Shown one piece after another: positions 1 through 9,526 of a stretch of DNA of 64,000 nt. Each line of letters opens with the position of its first letter. The stretch's first letter is position 1. The DNA lies in the IMG/VR virus record IMGVR_UViG_3300008262_000055. One strand, 5' to 3'. The notes under the pieces were generated by a model. It worked only from the letters and a program-made list of their open reading frames with translations. It was not told the DNA's origin and did no database searches. This stretch comes from a virus (taxonomy: Duplodnaviria > Caudoviricetes). Made by a program: the position numbers and the translations under genes.

Positions 1-496
1 TAATGTTTGATTTATGTAAATGCCATATCCAATCTTGGTCTCCGTGGAATTTTCTCATGATGCCGGGATTTTTTTCCATGTCTGTCCAAATATCCGAAAA
101 GCATCCTGACTGCCAACGCATTACAGCACTGCCTAGTTTTTGATAATCGGGTCGAAATACTCTTCCTACATCTCTGAGACCTAGGAATTTTCCAGGTAGA
201 TATTCTATTAGCTGTGTAAAGTTTTTTACTATAACAGTATCTAGATCTAAAAAAAGATTAGTGTCGCCAATAGGAAAATGATCAACTTTGAACACATATG
301 GTTTCCACCACCAACCTGAGATAGTAGAAATGGGCAAGATTCTAGTTTCTATTCTAGTATCTATTCCTTCAATATTGTCTGTAAAACAAACGAATCTATG
401 TGGCACATGTAGATGCCTTTGTACCATGTTGTACAGTTTGTTTACATATTCTGGACCATATTTGGTTCCGTGTTTTAGACAAACGACATTTAACAT
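1..496 (-). CDS. Glycosyltransferase (GT-A-like), runs off the left edge of the window
   Basis: Not in ORF track; manual translation from ATG at 496: MLNVVCLKHGTKYGPEYVNKLYNMVQRHL...FVCFTD...GWWWKP...LFLDLDTVIV...HGDQDWI, with a DxD motif typical of phage GT-A proteins. Confidence 0.8.
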   Translation of the reverse strand, partial: MLNVVCLKHGTKYGPEYVNKLYNMVQRHLHVPHRFVCFTDNIEGIDTRIETRILPISTISGWWWKPYVFKVDHFPIGDTNLFLDLDTVIVKNFTQLIEYLPGKFLGLRDVGRVFRPDYQKLGSAVMRWQSGCFSDIWTDMEKNPGIMRKFHGDQDWIWHLHKSNI

Positions 497-687
497 TACC
501 AGTGTCTTATCACATTTGCTATAATAAACAGGCAGGTGATAATATGAATTATTACCCAGAACGTTTTAAGAAATAATGCTATCCTTGCTTCTTTAACAGT
601 AAGGATAGGAACATCCGGACGATCATCGTCGGTATGTCCCATTAGGTGCCCGGTTGCCCGAGCCCATATTTTTTCTAGACTGTTCAT
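496..687 (-). CDS. Small hypothetical membrane protein
   Basis: 63 aa with one hydrophobic C-terminal segment; overlaps flanking genes at start/stop. Confidence 0.7.
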   Translation of the reverse strand: MNSLEKIWARATGHLMGHTDDDRPDVPILTVKEARIALFLKTFWVIIHIITCLFIIANVIRHW

Positions 688-1232
688 TCTCTTATAACAG
701 GATTATCGCCTTCGTAGGTAGCCGAGTTACCTGCGTGTTCAAATACTTCTACTGATTTGATACGCACTGATGGATTCAGTGGATAACGATGATTGCCGTT
801 CTTTAGCAACCAATCCATCTTATCGTAGCACATTTTGGCAAACAGTTCGCAGCCAACACCTTCTACAATACGTAAGTCGCAAACACCACTGCGTCGGAAC
901 GGTTCAGTTTGTACACGTTCTGGATTGCCGTCGTGTTCTGGATTTGAACTCCAACCAGCCATTTCTTTGAATCTATCTAGCAATGGGTCGTCTTGTGCAA
1001 TTACAGTAGTGTGGTCAAACATATGATCTGCCCACGCTTTGAAATCTTTTAGACCACCGAAGTCCATGCCCCAATTCTTTTCATCTAGCGTGTCGCATTC
1101 GAACACAAGTTTGATGCCAATTGAGTAACCGTGTAGCAGTGAGCAATGACTGTGTGTTGCTCTCCACTGTCTAAAACAGCATGACAGCCCTCTGTCGTTG
1201 CCGTATGTTTTTGTTGAAAGATATTTTGCCAT
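684..1232 (-). CDS. queD: 6-carboxy-5,6,7,8-tetrahydropterin synthase / 6-pyruvoyl-tetrahydropterin synthase
   Basis: HCSLLHGYS, MDFGGLK, FDHTT and VEVFEH motifs of the QueD/PTPS family; AGGAG RBS upstream. Confidence 0.9.
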   Translation of the reverse strand: MAKYLSTKTYGNDRGLSCCFRQWRATHSHCSLLHGYSIGIKLVFECDTLDEKNWGMDFGGLKDFKAWADHMFDHTTVIAQDDPLLDRFKEMAGWSSNPEHDGNPERVQTEPFRRSGVCDLRIVEGVGCELFAKMCYDKMDWLLKNGNHRYPLNPSVRIKSVEVFEHAGNSATYEGDNPVIRE

Positions 1233-1327
1233 CTCTAGTCTCCTTTTGTATGAGCAAGTTTGACGACATGCAGAATTTATAAAGCGGGATGAATGGCGTA
1301 GAAGGCCGCTATTGACTTAGTTTACTA

Positions 1328-1918
1328 TCATTGACGCAATAGGTCAATACTTTTAAAAGAAACATTTTCCAAATACCAACTTTCTGGAACAGTCCAATTT
1401 TTCTCATTGTAAACTATGAAATACTTATCAGGACAGTAACGAAACACTTTAGAAATCTGATGTATCCAATATCTAGGATCTATAGCTCTGTGAGTTTTAG
1501 GATTATAATTATCAGTGCCTTTGTAAAGATTGTTTATATTTTTATCGTTACTCCAAAGATCAAACCCTATCATAGAAACCGTGTTTGATAATTGTGCTGC
1601 TAATAATACCGCATAAGGTCCGCTGCCCCAATGAAAAGGATCGTCTGCTCTTTGATCACCTTTGTAGGGAAGATTGGGAACTGTTTTAACACAATTTTGA
1701 GTTTTAAATTCTTTGATCCAATCGGGTCTAGTATAGACATACGCTGGACAATTAGTATGTGACAGTGCCTCACGAACCATTCTTCGATCAACACAAATGA
1801 GATGATCTACTACATAGTCTCTGACTATGGCATTACAACCTATTTTAATATCGCTGGGGATTTTGTTAAGATCTATTTTGGAACGACTTTCACCGTTGCC
1901 TATTGCTAGAGATAACAT
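1328..1918 (-). CDS. Conserved phage protein, DUF115/MptE-like or glycosyltransferase-like fold
   Basis: GNGESR...GCNAIVRD...DHLICVD, WGSGPYA and IGFD motifs. Confidence 0.55.
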   Translation of the reverse strand: MLSLAIGNGESRSKIDLNKIPSDIKIGCNAIVRDYVVDHLICVDRRMVREALSHTNCPAYVYTRPDWIKEFKTQNCVKTVPNLPYKGDQRADDPFHWGSGPYAVLLAAQLSNTVSMIGFDLWSNDKNINNLYKGTDNYNPKTHRAIDPRYWIHQISKVFRYCPDKYFIVYNEKNWTVPESWYLENVSFKSIDLLRQ

Positions 1919-3357
1919 TAACTAATGATACCAAACGGTCTCCAAGTGCCAGGACTTCCAGCACGTACACAAACCCAACCCACAGGTGAATTAAGTTTTG
2001 GGTCAGTGTTCCAGACTATATCACCAGAAGTATAATTACCAGTTTGTGGTACGTCATCACCATAGGTGTGTAAATGATTGTTAAATCTTACAGCACCATT
2101 TACGTGTAAGTCTACAGCAGGATCTGGACTATTAACTCCTATGGATATTTTACCATGTACATGTACTTGTGTAGGAGGAGTATTCTTATTACCAAGAGTA
2201 ATTTGACCGTTGTTATGTATAGTTACTCTTGACGTATTGTCGGTGACCAATGATAGATCGTGGTACCCGTGAGTACCAAATACTGCTTTACCATCAACAA
2301 AGTCGTGCTTGAGTTCTATATTATTACCAAATACTGAAAGTTTACCATTAGCTTCGCCTAGCCCTACAGTTAATCTTTCCGCTGATGAGTTTAGAAAAAC
2401 AAAGTTAGATAGATTGGAATCTCCCATTACGGTAAGATCTTTTAGTATGCCAACTTCTCTTAAACGACTTTTTGTTATACTAGGACCTAATTCTTTTTCG
2501 CTAATCACAACAGTGTTATTGATTAGAAAACTTTTACCCGGTTGAAGATCTATATTTTCTGTTGAAAATATACTGTCGTCTCCTTTGAGAACAAACTGTT
2601 TAGTTGGACCCATGCCGGTCCAAGCTAGACCCTTGCCAAATATGGGATTGTCTGGTGCGTGTTTAAATTCTAGGCTAGATGTTCTTTCTAGGCGTAGGTC
2701 TGATTTTATTTCAGAAACTTCAATCCTTTTAGCTTTGATAGTGCCAGTGATTTCAGCACTTTCTGCTCGGATAGTTTTTTCTACAGTCAGTGTATCTAAT
2801 ACCTTAGCTATAGAAATAGTGTCAACAAATATACCTTCGTCTTTGATTGTAATTTTAATAGAACCGGTACTTTGATCTCTAATACCTGTGCTGGCAAAAT
2901 TACGTACAGTGCCGGGACCTAATAGATCCTGCGATATGGCTTGTTTAGGAATACGTTTTAAGAAATCTGCGTAGTTAACTTCTACGTTAGCACGTAGTAC
3001 ACCTGAAACTGTAAGATCTTTTAGTACAGTTATTTCATTAGCAATTAAACTTTCTTCAACAAATACTCGACCTTTTAAAGCAGGAATAGTAGCACTAGGT
3101 GCTTCTATGGTTCCGTTTTTAACTAATAAAGTGGGTTCAGCAGCTGAATCTTGAATACCTGTACTAGCAAAACTTTTAATTTTTCCGCCAGCAATTTGGT
3201 CTCCGGATATGCTATTATACGGAATTGCTTTAACAATATCTCCAATTTTATCTGTAACATCTTTGATATCAAAGGGCGTAGCGGCCTTTGTAGATTCAAT
3301 GTTTTTCAGCGTTTGCCCTAGAGATTCTAATACTTGATCGATTTGATTTTGTTTCAT
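1918..3357 (-). CDS. Putative virion structural / tail-associated protein
   Basis: Beta-rich repeats; C-terminal GDIVWNTDP...GWVCVRAGSPGTWRPFG motif; start moved to MKQNQ (3357), 8 nt after TATAAATA. Confidence 0.6.
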   Translation of the reverse strand: MKQNQIDQVLESLGQTLKNIESTKAATPFDIKDVTDKIGDIVKAIPYNSISGDQIAGGKIKSFASTGIQDSAAEPTLLVKNGTIEAPSATIPALKGRVFVEESLIANEITVLKDLTVSGVLRANVEVNYADFLKRIPKQAISQDLLGPGTVRNFASTGIRDQSTGSIKITIKDEGIFVDTISIAKVLDTLTVEKTIRAESAEITGTIKAKRIEVSEIKSDLRLERTSSLEFKHAPDNPIFGKGLAWTGMGPTKQFVLKGDDSIFSTENIDLQPGKSFLINNTVVISEKELGPSITKSRLREVGILKDLTVMGDSNLSNFVFLNSSAERLTVGLGEANGKLSVFGNNIELKHDFVDGKAVFGTHGYHDLSLVTDNTSRVTIHNNGQITLGNKNTPPTQVHVHGKISIGVNSPDPAVDLHVNGAVRFNNHLHTYGDDVPQTGNYTSGDIVWNTDPKLNSPVGWVCVRAGSPGTWRPFGIIS

Positions 3358-3365
3358 GATATCAA

Positions 3366-3373
3366 TATTTATA
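3366..3373 (-). promoter_or_regulatory. T4-type late promoter
   Basis: Exact TATAAATA 8 nt upstream of the ATG at 3357. Confidence 0.65.
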
Positions 3374-3413
3374 CTGTAGCAGTAACAATAAATACTAAGC
3401 AAAGGGATAGATA

Positions 3414-6400
3414 ATGCCGTTAACCAATACTTTTAACCCGTCTACAGCCGTCAATACCGGCACAGACACAATTACAATAAATGCTCACGGATACTTAGAT
3501 CGCCAGGGGGTGCTGTATCATTCTGGTGGCGGCACAGCTATTGGCGGTTTAGTTAATAGCTACAAATATTACGTTATCGTTGTAACCCTAGACTCTATTA
3601 AACTGGCACTCACAGAAGAAGATGCTATTACCAGTACAGCAGTAGATCTGCTGAGTGTGGGCACAGGTACGACGCATTCTTTTGAATCTACTAATATCTA
3701 TCCTAACAGTGCAGCCTATTACGATTTCTTTAGAAAAGTAAGATTATTAGGTAACGGTACTCCGTCGGGCGGATATAAACTTGAAGCAGATTCCGTGCGA
3801 GACAGTTTAACTATCGTTGCTGGCGACAACATAGTCTTTGAAAACGCCAGCGAGCAACAAGATACATTTACTATTTCTGGTTCTGAATATGATTTTGATA
3901 TCCCTGTTGGAACTACTGAACTTAGGTTATATGGTAGAGTTGGTCCCGTAATTACTGATGATCAAAGCATTAGATTTTCTGTAGATCGAGGCATCAACAT
4001 TACACGTATCAGTGACACAGAATTAAGATTTGAAGGTCTAGGAGTTACTGAAACAGATACACTACATTCTGTAACTGAACGGGGTGCGTTAACTTCTAAC
4101 ACCATTTACGTTAATAATTTAGAAGTTGGTATTATACAAAGTATTCCAGGTGAAGACGGCGTAACAAATTTTACATCTACCGGAACAACCGGAGTCGCTA
4201 TTAACTTAACAGGCGACGGAACTCTAGACAGTCCGGGAGAAATAGATTTATCATCTACTACTGAAACTAGCAAAACTGTACAGATTAATTTTACCTTGCC
4301 GGTATCAGGAACACTAACATATTCTGCCAGTTATAAAGCTGAATCTGCTTTAACTACTGGCTCTGTTATTTTACAAAGAGAAACCCCAGGAAGTCCTGGA
4401 ACTTGGGTAACTATAGATTCAGCTTCTGGAACTACAGCCAGATACGCTTATACAATACAGAACATTTACGCTGAGCCAAATGCTACTGGAACAAACTTTA
4501 GAATAATAACAACCTGGACAGGATTGACTACAGGATATATAGACTTTCCTATCAATTTACAGTTTGAGATATCCCCAATTTATATCAATGAGATGATCCG
4601 CACCGATACTGGTGCTGGTGAACTATATCTAGGTCGCATTGACGGTGAAGTCTACCTACGAGGTGACATCAATATTAGAGATAGGATCAACACTGACGGA
4701 TTGTATATCTATCAGAATGTCATTCAAGGAACTAACTCTAATGATGATATTATAATAGATCCGGCAGGTACTGGCGGTGTTGAGTTAAGAACACAGACTC
4801 TTAACACTGATCAAACCACATTTAATTTAATTGACAATATTGCTACGACAGTAAATGTATTTGGATCAGCAACTGCTATCAATATGGGTGCTAACACTGG
4901 CACTATCACTATAGAAAATCCTACCTTAGTAGGCACAGTAGCAACACAGAATCTTTATGACACTACTGCCACTACCGTTAACGCATTTGGGGATGCTACT
5001 GTTATCAACATGGGTGACAATTCAGGAACGATCACAGTTCGTAATCCTACATTAGTTGGCGTTGAAACCACACAGAATGTTTATAATACAGTAGCCACAA
5101 CAGTTAATGCATTCGGAGCAGCCGCTACATTAAACATTGGTGAGAACAGCGGAACCGTAACCCTGCGTAATCCTACATTGGTTGGTACTCAGACAACCCA
5201 AAATGTTTACGATACCGTGGCTACAACGGTTAATGCTTTCGGTGCTGCCACTACAATAGATGTGGGTGCCACTACTGGTACAATTACTATTAACAATCCT
5301 ACATTAGTAGGAACACAAACTACACAGAATGTCTATGACACTGTAGCAACTACTGTCAACGCATTCGGTGCTGCCACTACAATAGACATAGGTGCTGCTA
5401 CTGGAACGATTACAATCAATAATCCTACACTAGTGGGGACACAGACTACACAAAATGTTTATAATTCGGTAGCAACTACTGTAAACTTTGCCGGAGCCGC
5501 TACACTTGTTGAAATTGGTGCTGCTACAGGAGACACTAATGTTAATAATAATCTTGTTGTTGATTTAGATTTACAGGTTAAAGGTGGCGACATTACCACC
5601 AACCAAACTACATTTAACTTACTCAATACTACTGCTACAACTATAAATGCGTTTGGTGCGGCTACAACAGCCAACATAGCTACCGCCGGCACAACAATTG
5701 AAATAGGTGCTGCTACTGGAACAACAAATATTAATAATAATCTTGTTGTTGACTTAGATCTTGAAGTTAAAGGCGGCGATCTAACCACAAATCAAACCTC
5801 GTTTAATTTATTAAATGCAACAGCAACCACAGTCAATGCCTTTGGTGCTGCGACTACGATCAGCATAGGGTCGGCAACTGGCACTACCACAGTAAACAAT
5901 AGTCTAACAGTAACCGGTGACTTGATAGTAAATGGCACTACAACAACATTAAACACCACAACATTAGATGTTGAAGATTTAAATATCACTATAGCCAACG
6001 GTGCTGTTACAGCCGCTGCTGCCAACGGTGCGGGATTAACAGTTGAAGGACCAACTACGCCGGCAACATTGACTTATGCGTCTGCTGATGATAGTTGGAA
6101 CGTTAACAAACTACTAAAAGGTACATCGTCTAGTTTCACAGGCGATCTACAAGTGGATGGAAATCTTACATTTGGTAGCGATGATACAGATAGCATTACA
6201 GCTAACGCCTTTTTTGTTAACGGTACACAATTAAAATCTGGCAAAGCTAATACTAATACTCTATCGTTGTCTGCGTATGATGTTGATGGTACAGCTTATA
6301 CGAATTTAATAACACTCACAGCCAGCAATACTCCTACTCTTGCTTTGACTTCGATTGGCGTAGGTACTATTAATAATATAAACATAGGTACTACTACACG

Positions 6401-6962
6401 AGCTACTGCTAACTTTACAACATTAGATGCTAATTCAACTGTCGGATTAAGTCCGGCAAATGCTACTGTGACTATTAGTCCGACAGGAACAGGTACAGTA
6501 ACTATCAATCCGGCAACAACTGGCACTATTGATAACACAAGTATTGGTGTTACTACAGCAGCATCCGGCCGCTTTACTACTTTAACAGCATCAGCGTTAA
6601 CAACACTGCAACAAACCACCGAAGTTCTAAACACTAAGACCGGAGCCACTGGTACTGTAGTACATGATATCTCAACTGGTTCTATATGGTATCACTCTAG
6701 CTTGTCAGCCAATTTCACCGCTAACTTTACTAATGTTCCTACTACTAATAATAGATCTATCACAGTGGCACTGATACTAGATCAAGGTGCTACAGCTCGT
6801 ATACCAAACGCAGTACAAGTTGATGGAGCGGCTCAGACTATTCAATGGTCCGGTGGAGCTCCACCCTCAGGAACAAATAATTACACCGATATCGTAAATT
6901 TCACGCTGATCAGAGTTTCAAGTGCATGGACGGTATTGGGCAGTTTAAGCACCTATAACTAA
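3414..6962 (+). CDS. Tail fibre-like protein with Thr-rich 42-aa repeats
   Basis: 1182 aa, rich in Thr/Gly/Asn/Ala, internal repeats, C-terminal beta domain seen in phage fibres. Confidence 0.75.
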   Translation: MPLTNTFNPSTAVNTGTDTITINAHGYLDRQGVLYHSGGGTAIGGLVNSYKYYVIVVTLDSIKLALTEEDAITSTAVDLLSVGTGTTHSFESTNIYPNSAAYYDFFRKVRLLGNGTPSGGYKLEADSVRDSLTIVAGDNIVFENASEQQDTFTISGSEYDFDIPVGTTELRLYGRVGPVITDDQSIRFSVDRGINITRISDTELRFEGLGVTETDTLHSVTERGALTSNTIYVNNLEVGIIQSIPGEDGVTNFTSTGTTGVAINLTGDGTLDSPGEIDLSSTTETSKTVQINFTLPVSGTLTYSASYKAESALTTGSVILQRETPGSPGTWVTIDSASGTTARYAYTIQNIYAEPNATGTNFRIITTWTGLTTGYIDFPINLQFEISPIYINEMIRTDTGAGELYLGRIDGEVYLRGDINIRDRINTDGLYIYQNVIQGTNSNDDIIIDPAGTGGVELRTQTLNTDQTTFNLIDNIATTVNVFGSATAINMGANTGTITIENPTLVGTVATQNLYDTTATTVNAFGDATVINMGDNSGTITVRNPTLVGVETTQNVYNTVATTVNAFGAAATLNIGENSGTVTLRNPTLVGTQTTQNVYDTVATTVNAFGAATTIDVGATTGTITINNPTLVGTQTTQNVYDTVATTVNAFGAATTIDIGAATGTITINNPTLVGTQTTQNVYNSVATTVNFAGAATLVEIGAATGDTNVNNNLVVDLDLQVKGGDITTNQTTFNLLNTTATTINAFGAATTANIATAGTTIEIGAATGTTNINNNLVVDLDLEVKGGDLTTNQTSFNLLNATATTVNAFGAATTISIGSATGTTTVNNSLTVTGDLIVNGTTTTLNTTTLDVEDLNITIANGAVTAAAANGAGLTVEGPTTPATLTYASADDSWNVNKLLKGTSSSFTGDLQVDGNLTFGSDDTDSITANAFFVNGTQLKSGKANTNTLSLSAYDVDGTAYTNLITLTASNTPTLALTSIGVGTINNINIGTTTRATANFTTLDANSTVGLSPANATVTISPTGTGTVTINPATTGTIDNTSIGVTTAASGRFTTLTASALTTLQQTTEVLNTKTGATGTVVHDISTGSIWYHSSLSANFTANFTNVPTTNNRSITVALILDQGATARIPNAVQVDGAAQTIQWSGGAPPSGTNNYTDIVNFTLIRVSSAWTVLGSLSTYN
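4807..5925 (+). repeat. Coding tandem repeat, ~8 units, core period 126 nt (42 aa)
   Basis: Unit TQTTQNVYDTVATTVNAFGAATTIDxGAxTGTITINNPTLVG; GCxTTCGGxGC at 5109, 5235 and 5361. Confidence 0.9.
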
Positions 6963-9502
6963 TGCCAAGAGTCACATCTATTACACAGCGACAGCTCACT
7001 ACTATATCACTGGGTTCGCTTCAACTACTTAACACAGGCACGGGTTTCAACGGTTTGGTTGAAACCATGGTACTACAACCAGATGGTAAGATCTTGGTAG
7101 GTGGTTTTTTCACCCAATACAATGGAGTCACACAGACTCGTTTTGCAAGATTGAACTCAAATGGCTCACTTGATACTGGTTATTCCACAGGTACGCTTTT
7201 TAATATCGCAGTCCGGACTATAGCACTACAATCCGATGGCAAGGTCTTAGTAGGCGGAGAGTTCACTACATTTCAAGGATCTACTCAGACTCGCATTGCG
7301 AGATTGACCTCAACTGGATTTCTTGACACTTTCACTATTGGCACGGGTTTCGACGCCTATGTCAGTGACATAGCACTACAATCAGATGGAAAGATCTTAG
7401 TAGGTGGCGATTTTACCACATACAATGGAGCCACACAGACTCGTATTGCGAGATTAAACACAGATGGCACACGTGACACTGGCTTCACAATTGGCACGGG
7501 TTTTAACGGCTTAGTCTATGATATAGCACTACAACCGGATGGCAAGATCTTAGTGGTTGGCCAATTTACCGCATACGATGGAGTCACACAGAATTATATC
7601 ACAAGATTGAATTCGAATGGCACACGCGATACTGGTTTTTCCACAGGTTCTGGATTTGTTGGTAGCAATGCCCGCATAATAATAGTCCAACCAGATGGAA
7701 AAATCTTAGTAGGTGGGTTTTTTATCCAATACAATGGAGTCACACAGAATCGCATCACAAGATTAAATAGTGATGGCACACGTGACACTGGTTTTGTCCA
7801 AGGCACAGGTTTCAACGGCTCAGTCAGTGCTATAGCACTACAATCAGATGGAAAAATCTTAGTAGGCGGTAGCTTCACTTCATACGATGGAGTCACACAG
7901 AATTATATCACAAGATTGAATTCGAATGGCACACGCGATACTAGTTTTGTCACAGGCACAGGTTTTAACAACACTACACCTGCCATTGTAGTCCAAACAG
8001 ATGGCAATATCTTAGTAGGCGGAGAATTCACCACATACAATGGAGCAACGGTGAATGCTATCGTAAGACTATCTCCGTTAGGCCAACTTCTAAACGTGCT
8101 AGTGCCTACTTATTCTCAGAGTGCGAGCAGCAACAACACAAACGAAGGCAGTGCTTTGACTATAACAATTAATACTATTAATGTTAGTGACGGTACAGTA
8201 TTGCGTTGGCGTGTACTAGATAGGCCAGAAGATTTTGCTGTTAATACAGATGTGTTTACAATCACCGCCAATAGCGGTACGTTTTCTGTTACACCTACCG
8301 CAGATGAATCAACAGAAGGTTCAGAAACATTTAGAGTACAAGTGGAAAAACTGGCAGGCACTGTTATATTGACTACGAGTAATTTAACTATCAATGATAC
8401 CAGCATCGATTCTGGAGCGGTGGCATTTCAACAAGGAGCTGACGGTGTGGCAGTATATCAATTAACTTCAACAATTGATACCAAGTATTCTGGAACTCCG
8501 ACAATCGGTGGTGAGGCGACAACTGTTGCATTTAGTCCTGTTGGAAGTAAGTTGGCCATAGGCAGCACAGCCTCACCATACATACAGGTTTATTCAACAG
8601 ATCCAGGTACGCTAACTATTGGTTCCAAATATTCCGATCCTGCTGTAGCACCAGCAGACGGCACAGGAATTAACCCATCCGTAGGAGCAATTGCATTTCA
8701 CCCGAATAATAATGCTATAGCAATGGTTCGATTTGGCGGTATAGATGTTTGGGCATGGGATCCGGTTACTGGATTTGGCACCAAGTATGCGTATCCGAGT
8801 CAATCATTATTCACAGGATCAAATAATACAGTAACCGGAGTACAATGGAGTCCTTCGGGTAATGATATAGCTATCTCGCATCTAGGAGCACCTTTTATAT
8901 CAGTTTATCCTTGGAGTGCCGCTTCGGGATTTGGTACCAAGTATGCGGCCCCTGCTCATCCTGCGTTTAAAGTTAGCTCTGCTTATAATGTTGTATGGCA
9001 CCCCAGCGGCAATGCCATAGCCTTTAGTCACTTCGGTGGCACCGACGTAGATTCGGAGTTTGTACAAGTGTGGTCTTGGATCTCAGGTACGGGATTCGGT
9101 ACACGGTATACACCACCCACAGGTGTACCTGGGAATCAGCACGGTGCGGTAGGGTATAGTGTGGCATGGAGTCCTGCTGGCACAGAAATAGTACTAGGAA
9201 CGGGTGGGTTTGGTGATGGTAGTGTGGTCCCCCGTATACATGCTTGGCCATGGACCAACGCTTCAGGATTTGGTACCAAGTATGCCAATCCTGCAACACC
9301 TTTAGGCAATACCAACCCCGGCGGCATACATTTCACAAAAGATCTAGTAAACCCAACGTTGATTATTGGACTACAAAATATTTCACCGTGGGTCGCAACG
9401 TATGCGTGGTCAACAAGTGGATTTGGAGTTAAGTTAGCTGATCCTGCGACACCTCTAGTTACATATCCAGGCACTCGCAATTCTAGCATAGCCGTAAAAT
9501 AA
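6962..9502 (+). CDS. Putative receptor-binding protein: delta-60 (DUF5122-like) propeller, Calx-beta-like domain and second beta-propeller
   Basis: Seven LQxDGKILVGGxFTxYNG...RLNxxGxxDTxF repeats, an Ig-like segment, then repeated GFGTKYAxP blades. Confidence 0.75.
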   Translation: MPRVTSITQRQLTTISLGSLQLLNTGTGFNGLVETMVLQPDGKILVGGFFTQYNGVTQTRFARLNSNGSLDTGYSTGTLFNIAVRTIALQSDGKVLVGGEFTTFQGSTQTRIARLTSTGFLDTFTIGTGFDAYVSDIALQSDGKILVGGDFTTYNGATQTRIARLNTDGTRDTGFTIGTGFNGLVYDIALQPDGKILVVGQFTAYDGVTQNYITRLNSNGTRDTGFSTGSGFVGSNARIIIVQPDGKILVGGFFIQYNGVTQNRITRLNSDGTRDTGFVQGTGFNGSVSAIALQSDGKILVGGSFTSYDGVTQNYITRLNSNGTRDTSFVTGTGFNNTTPAIVVQTDGNILVGGEFTTYNGATVNAIVRLSPLGQLLNVLVPTYSQSASSNNTNEGSALTITINTINVSDGTVLRWRVLDRPEDFAVNTDVFTITANSGTFSVTPTADESTEGSETFRVQVEKLAGTVILTTSNLTINDTSIDSGAVAFQQGADGVAVYQLTSTIDTKYSGTPTIGGEATTVAFSPVGSKLAIGSTASPYIQVYSTDPGTLTIGSKYSDPAVAPADGTGINPSVGAIAFHPNNNAIAMVRFGGIDVWAWDPVTGFGTKYAYPSQSLFTGSNNTVTGVQWSPSGNDIAISHLGAPFISVYPWSAASGFGTKYAAPAHPAFKVSSAYNVVWHPSGNAIAFSHFGGTDVDSEFVQVWSWISGTGFGTRYTPPTGVPGNQHGAVGYSVAWSPAGTEIVLGTGGFGDGSVVPRIHAWPWTNASGFGTKYANPATPLGNTNPGGIHFTKDLVNPTLIIGLQNISPWVATYAWSTSGFGVKLADPATPLVTYPGTRNSSIAVK
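7050..8090 (+). repeat. Delta-60 coding repeats (7 units, ~54 aa)
   Basis: Recurrent ctacaa-c-gatgg-aa-atcttagtaggc at roughly 160-nt spacing. Confidence 0.85.
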
Positions 9503-9526
9503 TAAGAAACTAGCTACGAAAATTAA

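Noticed and set aside
4807-8090. CRISPR array or DGR template/variable repeats
   Set aside because: The repeats are in-frame protein repeats with synonymous variation; no unique spacers, adenine-specific mismatch pattern or reverse transcriptase.
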